A stretch of DNA of 64,000 nt, taken from the NCBI RefSeq assembly GCF_009914755.1, contig NC_060930.1. The stretch is one strand, 5' to 3'. The position numbers and the translations under genes were made by a program. This stretch comes from the human T2T-CHM13v2.0 reference genome, Homo sapiens. Positions within the stretch are counted from its first letter, which is position 1, and every line of letters starts with the position of its first letter. Shown here piece by piece: positions 54,824 through 64,000 of this stretch. The notes under the pieces are model-generated. The model was not told where the DNA came from. It saw only the letters and a program-made list of their open reading frames with translations, and did no database searches.

Positions 54824-57329
54824 TCTGTAAGGCTTCAATCTGGTATAAGCTGATATAAATATTAGGATGATGCTTCTGATGCTGCACCAGAGGTACATTT
54901 AACTTGAAGACAGGCATCATTGGGAAGGATAGTACAGAATTCTCCCTGCAGTCTCCAGCCTAATGCATGGGCCTTAGCACAGAATAAAATACTAACTGCT
55001 TAATAGAACAACGTTAATCCCGAACAAACTATTTTCTCTCGTTCCCCTACCCAAATAGACAATAACAACAACAAAAAAATACAATTTAATAATAAGAATG
55101 ACTCCCTGCTATTCTATGCTCCTGTTGCAGAATACTTTGACATAGTCTTGTCAGACTATGAGTCTGACAAACTGAAAATGTGAAAGTAGATAAAAATTTC
55201 TAGAGAGAGAATAGTAAGTACTATTTTGTATTTCTATATATATTTTACCTGTATCATTATAGTTGATGTTCCAATATGACACTAAATAGAGAAATTATAG
55301 AAGGGTGGGGAGAAATTATTGATTCTTGCCACAAAGTAATATTTATTGAGCAGCAATATTCATACGCCTGCTACTATAATTTGTATTATAGAAAATAAGA
55401 AAGCAGTTTCCACAGATACACTAGGTATTGACTTAAAATAATTAAAGTCTCACATATAATATGACATACCAAGGGGAATATTCCTATTGTTTCCATACTC
55501 TACATTTTCGCAATTTGGAAATTGCTCAGTCTAAATTTAGGATAAGCCAAATAACCTGAGGAACATATTATCATTTCTTTTATTTCTCCATAAACTTTTC
55601 ATTTTCTTCCCTCAGTAAGTGAATACAAGGCTGACATTTAAAGCAATGACTCCCCTTTCCCTAGGTTATGCACTAGTGTTTATAAATCCCTGAAGGAATT
55701 AGATTCACGGGCAGATTCGTTAAATTACATACATAATACATTTAGATTCCCTCTGCTCTGTGGCTTGTCTTTGTATGATTACCTCTGCTACTACCTCCAC
55801 ATGATGAATCTTTTCATTATGTTACATAGATTTATCGTGAAGTGAACGAACTTGACATCCTGATGACTCTATACTCTTCTTTCTCAAGGTTCTACTTTGA
55901 ACCTTAATAAATCTGTAATTGAAGCAGCTCCATTTAAAAACTATTCCTTTAAGTCCAAAATATAATCATATTGAGTAGCTCTTATTACCCAGAAAGACAC
56001 CCTAAGAGTAACACTAAACACTTTAAAGTAATATTAATAAATGTGTCTGTGTAGTCACAAACTCAGTTTCCCGGACTGGTCAGAAATGCAGATTGAACAG
56101 GCGCAGCCTGCACCGCCATGACAGAGGGGCCAGCAAGGATCTGACGGCTTCATTAGTAAATTCTATACTTGCTGTCACTTACCTGAAATTAAACCAGTGG
56201 GACTCCTTTTTCATTTTTCTTTTTATTGTATTGAGTTTATATGTTCATCCTCATAAAAAAATTTAAAATCAGGGTGTATGTGCATCACCTGATACGTATA
56301 ATCACAAAAATTAAAAAGAAAAAAGCATGTGCTTGATTTGGGAGCCATAAAGTGAAAATGAAAAGAAGGACCATAGGGAAATGGACACTTAAACTGAGTA
56401 AAAAGGGGGTGTCTCCAAGGGGCTCAAGTGCATTGGGGGCCAAATGCAAACTTCAGCTAATTCAGAGGTACACTCATGGCTAACTGAGTTGCACCAAAAT
56501 GAAGTAAATTCTGAACAACAACGTCCTATCACAGTACTGATAATTCATCTCCATACTCTGATGCCCCAACTTCCTATAACTTAATATTCTTTCAAAATTT
56601 TACTCATTCATTCAACAAATATTTATTAAGAAGAGAAATACTTATTAAGAATATGTCTAACATATTATGATCCAGTGTTCTAAGTGCTAGGGTTATAGCT
56701 ATGAATTTGATGGGCAAAAGTCACTCAGGGGACTTACATTCTAGCTTTAAAATTTATCCTCTAAATTTAATTTCACTACACTATTTCCTATTAGGTAGAT
56801 CTATCATAGATCTCTCTAAAAGCCACGGGGCACTTTTGCTTACAGATTACAAGTCGGGTATTTTCTCAAATAATGAAATAAATTAAATCTTTTTTATTAT
56901 CTACAAAAGTGTCTTTGCTCTGAATGAGCAAGTAAATTAATTTATCTGTGCCAGGACATCTGCTTCTCTTGTTAAGAAAGTACAGTACCTACTCTCTGCA
57001 TGATGCCACTCCCCAAAATAGACATTTAATGACTTTAAGAATATTATTCTCATTTTGGACCCTACAAAGTTAAACAAAAATATTAGAGTTATTCTTCTCA
57101 TGTTTCTTCCTAATACCCCACATTTTACCCAAAGCAGATTATTTGTAATTCATTGAAATAGTCAGAATTAGGGCTTAGCTGCCATGTGTGGACATAATGA
57201 GAGATGGGGAAAAGCCTCCAGAACAGACCTACAAACTAGAATGAGATAAGAACTCTGGTTCCATTCACGGCAGTATAGATGAAATGCTAGCCAGGCAGGT
57301 GTTCCTATTCAGGGTAGTCCGAGGTATAG

Positions 57330-57470
57330 AGGTCAAGTTCAAGTTCAGATTGTCCACTTACTAGACATACATCTGCCCTTCTGCAATTTACTTAATATCT
57401 CTAAGTCTTAGTTTCCTCACTTGTAAAACAAACATTGTAATTATGTTGATGCCAGAAATTGTTATGACTA
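57330..57470 (+). mobile_element. MIR
   Basis: CCACTTACTAG...TTACTTAATATCTCTAAGTCTTAGTTTCCTCACTTGTAAAA. Confidence 0.7.
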
Positions 57471-59924
57471 TCAGAGGAAACATTCTCCTGTTCTTATATT
57501 GGCAATTGTGGACAATCACTCTATCTCCAAGAGAGGACACTGCTAAACGTCACTGCCTCCTCTCTAGCATTTTTTTTCCCTTGCTTACTGAAATGTAAAG
57601 AAGAGGAATGACATTCTAATTAGACCTAAGCAAAGCCCGATATATGCAATCACATTAACCCTGAGTGGTGTCACAGCATGAAACAAAAGAAGAGGGCCTG
57701 GGCTTATCTCTCTATTGCTATTCTAATTACTAATGAGGGTTTTTATCTCTCTGACCCAGGTAGTAAAACAGACTGTCTAAAGGTCTACCTGGAGGACTAC
57801 CTGGCTGTCTTCCTCCTTTGTTTCTGGAATTCTTCATCCTTTGATAATTAAATTTCTGATGAGGTTTTGTGGCATCTCCAAGTAAAAATGCCATGTCTGT
57901 GTGCCAACTTTATGAACAAATGTCTCAAGATATAGCTTTGAGAATAGGGAGAGGTCTTCTTTCCAGTAAAACCATAAACATGGTCTCCAGTCCAACTTTA
58001 CTCGAAATAGGACTAATGCTGTGCTTTGCTTTCAGTTGGCACTATACATCTACTTCTCAAATTGTTAAAGAACTTAGATAATTAGGGATTCCTAAATCCC
58101 ATAAAGGAAGAGTATATAAACTGTATGTATATGAGTTCAAAGGCAATAATCTGGTCCCTATAAGAATTGGTAAGAACAGATGGGCCATCAATACTGGAAT
58201 TACTGAAAAGGCCAGGAAGAGAAAGGCTTGTTACTTAAATGGAGCTGCAAGCTGTGGTCTTGGCCACAGCCACAATGAAAGATCCTAGCTCTTAGAACTT
58301 GGGATGGAAAGGAAGAGCAGAATTAGCTGTAAGATTGAGATTTTTGACAAGAGCCCTTTTTGAAGACTGATAATGCTGGGTCCATATCCTAAAGAAGTAT
58401 TGTTTCCTTAGCCAGAGATGTTTTTAACCTTTGCTGTAGCCATTTAGAGGACAGACAGGAGGTGAGTCATAAGGAAAACCGTAAGTTTGATGAATAGATA
58501 ATTAACTATAATACTTGTCCCAATTGATCTAAATTTGAAATCCCTTTTACCCCATGCAGATATTCTAGAAAGGTTCAACTCAATGCAGTAGCTCTACTTA
58601 AGAAGATCTAATATATCCTACAAAAATATTGCTTTGGGTAAATCAGTGTTACGATGTCACATACCTCCAGGGGTCAACCATGAGGTGCACATGGGCAAAT
58701 GCAGCCAGATGCAGGGAATCTGAAAAGGAACAATGAGGGAAAAGAAGGGAAAATCTCTAGAGCACACAGGGCAGCTGATAATAAGCCAGCAACAGGGACC
58801 TCTTCAGGATATTATTTCCTAAGAAGAGCCAGAAATCCAAGTTTTTAGAGTTTTTAACGTATGGCATTAAGCAATTTTTATGTTGATAACTAAATTTAAT
58901 TTTAAAAAGATATACATGTTTGTGGGAATATCATGGCTTCAGAATGAAGCACTGGAGTTGTTATAGGGCTGAGAAATATTATTTTTAAATTCATGATTCA
59001 CAAGTCAATTTGATTATGACGTAGATCAACTACAACTTTGCCTACACATTTTTTAATATAAACTAAATGACTTAATCTGCTTTGTAAGTATCAAGGATAC
59101 ATACACCACTTAAGTATTGAATATATAGGATATAATGTATCTTATGATAAGTTATGAAGATGGTAACTAAAAATGGATATGAGTGGGAGAGTGAGCAGAA
59201 GAGGCAGGTTTGAAGACAGAAAAAAAGAGAGCGAGTGGTAAGGACAGAGTTAAAAAGCCGAGGGGAAAAAATTATGCTGAAAAGAAACACGCCAAGGAAG
59301 AAAGAAGCAATTCATGCAGTGGAAAAGCGTACAGAAAGCAGTTAAAGAAATTTTGAGTTGACATTAATTCAGTTTTACTTTGCTATGTACTTTATTTACT
59401 CTCTAATTAATGCAAATTAATAAAAATATGTCAAGTATCTTCAGATGTCTGGCATTAAGTGAAAGAGATGCGGTAGTGGAAAAAATAGGACCATGGACTC
59501 AAGATTACCTTTTAGTGAGAAAACATAAGATGAGCAGATTAGAAAATGCATATATAACATGTCAACTGACAAATGTTGTAGAAGAAAGATACCATAGCAG
59601 GACTGGGAGAGCTCACACTTAAAGGACTGTTTCTTTGGCTAGGTGGTCAGGGAAGACCTCTGACGAATTAATGTTTTAGCATAAATCTTAAGGAAGTAAA
59701 GGGGCTGTGCATAAAATTAATTTAATATATATTAACTCAGCTCTATGAGGGTAAGACATGGGTCTATCTTGTTCACCATTGACTCCTCCTTGCTTTGCAT
59801 ACTGCTTAACATACAATAATGAACTCTGGGATGGATAACCAAAATAGCCTTTATTAGCCTCTGGACAGACAGAAGAGGGGACAGAGTTATACCCCTTCAA
59901 ACCCTGAAAGAGCTCAAGGCAATC

Positions 59925-60200
59925 GTATTAGTTTTCTAGGGCTGCCATAAATATTAATTAATGGTATTAACTAATAAATACCATAGAATGGGTGACTTGA
60001 ACAAAAGAAATTTATTTTCTCATAGTTCTAGAGGCCACAAATTCAAAATTAAGGTAACATCAAGGCTAGTTTCTTGTGAAGCCTCTCCTGACTTGTACAC
60101 AGCCACCTTCTTGCTGTGTTCTCATATGGCCTTTACTCTGTGTGTATGTGGACAGAGAGAGAGTCTTTCTGGTGTCTTTTTTCTCTTCTTAAAAAGACAC
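59925..60200 (-). mobile_element. MLT1A/B-type LTR, cut by L1 insertion
   Basis: GTATTAGTTTTCTAGGGCTGCCATAA...AGAAATTTATTTTCTCATAGTTCTAGAGGC...CTCTTCTTAAAAAGACAC, then L1 5' end. Confidence 0.88.
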
Positions 60201-60466
60201 GAGTGTAGAAGATGGCCTAATAGGAACAGCTCCAGTCTACAGCTCCCAGCATGAGCGACACGCAAGATGGGTGATTTCTGCATTTCCAACTGAGGTACCG
60301 GGTTCATCTCACTGGGGCTTGTCAGACAGTGGGGGCAGGACAGTGGGTGCAGCCCACTGAGTGTGAGCCCATGTAGGGCAAGGAATTGCCTCACCCGGGA
60401 AGCGCAAGGGGTCAGGGAATTCCCTTTCCTAGCCAAGGGAAGCAGTGACAGATGGCACCTGGAAAA

Positions 60467-60649
60467 TCAGGTCACTCCCACCATAATACTGCGCTTTTCC
60501 AACAGTCTTAGCAAACAGCACACCAGGAGGTTATATATCGCGCCAGGCTCAGAGCATCCCACACCCTCAGAGCCTCGCTGATTGCTAGTACAGCAGTCTG
60601 AGATCGATCTGCAAGGTGGCAGCAAGGCTGGGGGAGGTGCCCCTGCCAT
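60467..60649 (-). pseudogene. L1 ORF0 homologue, truncated to 60 codons
   Basis: MAGAPPPALLPPCRSISDCCTSNQRGSEGVGCSEPGAIYNLLVCCLLRLLEKRSIMVGVT* in the antisense 5'UTR. Confidence 0.8.
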
Positions 60650-61224
60650 TGCTGAGGCGTGAGTAGGTAAACAAAGCAGCCAGGAAGCTTGAAATGGGTG
60701 GAGCCCACCACAGCTCAAGGAGGCCTGCCTGGCTATGTAGACTCCACCTCTGGGGGCAGGGCATAGCTAAACAAAAGGCAGCAGAAACCTCTGCAGACTT
60801 AAATGTCCCTGTCTGACAGCTTTGAAGTGAGTAGTGGTTCTCCCAGCACGAAGTATGAGATCTGAGAATGGACAGACTGCCTCCTCAAGTGGGTCCCTGA
60901 CTCCCGAGTAGCCTAACTGGGAGGCAACCTCCAGTAGGGGCAGACTGACACCTCACATGGCAGGGTACCCCTCTGAGATGAAGCTTCCAGAGGAACAATC
61001 AGGCAGCAACATTTGATGTTCAGCAATATTCACTGTTCTGCAGCCTCTGCTGCTGATACCCAGGCAAACAGGGTCGGGAGTGGACCTCCGGCAAACTCCA
61101 ACAGACCTGCAGCTGAGGGTCTTGACTGTTAGAAGGAAAACTAACAAACAGAAAGGACATCCACACCAAAAACCCATCTGTACATCACCATCATCAAAGA
61201 CCAAAGGTAGATAAAACCACAAAG

Positions 61225-62240
61225 ATGGGGAAAAAATGGAGCAGAAAAGCTGAAAACTCTAAAAATCAGAGCGCCTCTCCCCCTCTGAAGGAATGCAGCT
61301 CCTCACCAGCAATGGAACAAAACTGGACAAAGAATGACTTTGAAGAGTTGAGAGTAGAAGGCTTCAGAAGATCAAACTTCTCCAAGGTAAAGGAGGAAGT
61401 TCGAACCCATCGCAAAGAAGCTAAAAACCTTGAACAAAGATTAGATGAATGGCTAACTAAAATAACCAATGTAGAGAAGTCCTTAAATGACCTGATGGAG
61501 CTGAAAAACATGCCATCAGAACTACGTGATGAATGCACAAGCCTCAGTAGCTGATTCAATCAACTGGAAGAAAGGGTATGAGTGATTGAAGATCAAATGA
61601 ATGAAATGAAGCGAGAAGAGAAGTTTAGAGAAAAAAGAGTAAAAAGAAACGAACAAAGCCTCCAAGAAATATGGGACTATGTGAAAAGACCAAATCTACA
61701 TCTGATTGGTATACCTGAAGTGGTGGGGAGAACAGAACCAAATTGGAAAACACTCTGCAGGATATTACCCAGGAGAACTTCCCCAACCTAGCAAGGCAGG
61801 CCAACATTCAAATTCAGGAAATACAGAGAATTCCACAAAGATACTCCTCAAGAAGAGCAACTCCAAGACACAAAATTATCAGATTCACCAAAGTTGAAAT
61901 GAAGGAAAAAATGTTAAGGGCAGCCAGAGAGAAAGGTCAGGTTACCCACAAAGGGAAGCCCATCAGACTAACAGCGGATCTCTCAGCAGAAACTCTACAA
62001 GCCAGATGAGAGTGGGGGCCAACATTCAACACTCTTCAAGAAAAGAATTTTCAACCCAGAATTTCATATGCAGCCAAACTAAGCTTCACAAGTGAAGGAG
62101 AAATAAAATAGTTTACAGACAAGCAAATGCTGAGAGATTTTGCTACCACTAGGCCCGCCCTACAAGAGCTCATGAAGGAAGCACTAAACATGGAAAGGAA
62201 CAACCGGTACCAGCCACTGCAAAAACATGCCAAATTGTAA
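61225..62240 (+). pseudogene. L1 ORF1p, inactivated
   Basis: MGKKWSRKAENSKNQSASPP...; RPNLHLIG; RRATPRHKIIRF; stops at 61552-61554 and 62007-62009 and a frameshift near 61720. Confidence 0.95.
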
Positions 62241-62303
62241 AGACCATCAATGCTAGGAAGAAACTGCATCAACTAACGAGCAAAATAACCAGAGAACATC
62301 ATA

Positions 62304-64000
<1,697 letters not shown>

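Noticed and set aside
54540-54920. 126-aa minus-strand ORF
   Set aside because: No recognisable homology; the locally higher GC explains the lack of stop codons.
56797-56813. AGATCTAT-C-ATAGATCT palindrome
   Set aside because: An 8-bp arm is near chance expectation in 64 kb of AT-rich DNA and has no supporting context.
58463-58477. AP-1 site TGAGTCA next to GGAAA
   Set aside because: An isolated 7-mer is expected several times by chance; no further cluster seen.

Overview
AT-rich, repeat-dense primate (human-like) genomic DNA with no recognisable host protein-coding exon, tRNA, rRNA or CRISPR array; nearly all ORFs in the track come from retroelements or occur by chance. The main elements are: a twin-primed (5'-inverted) L1PA15-17-like LINE interrupted by a THE1A provirus (7.2-12.7 kb); a composite MLT1/MLT1-int/MLT2 block; a 5'-truncated L1PA with an Alu in its tail, followed by a full-length THE1B provirus (28.3-32.4 kb); an internally deleted HERV-L provirus with two MLT2A1 LTRs (43.66-48.46 kb); and the 5' 3.8 kb of a full-length, inactivated L1PA4-6 at the right edge. 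Alus, FLAM/FRAM monomers, MST/THE1/MLT1/LTR40 solo LTRs, L2, MIR, MER5A and MER33 fill much of the rest. The most notable unexplained signals are (i) a 52-bp copy of the HERV-L RT/dUTPase deletion junction placed ~1.35 kb upstream between two 59-bp direct repeats, (ii) a repeat-free minus-strand CCAAT-TATA-TCT promoter with a first-exon donor, a clean 72-nt second exon and an upstream AP-1/RUNX/TCF cluster (candidate spliced non-coding or 5'UTR transcript, 37.4-39.5 kb), (iii) a near-consensus CTCF site, and (iv) several small templated-insertion repair scars. Repeat subfamily names are recalled from consensus sequences and need Dfam/RepeatMasker confirmation; boundaries of old repeats are approximate. 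I could not identify the locus and cannot support a genuinely new biological system.
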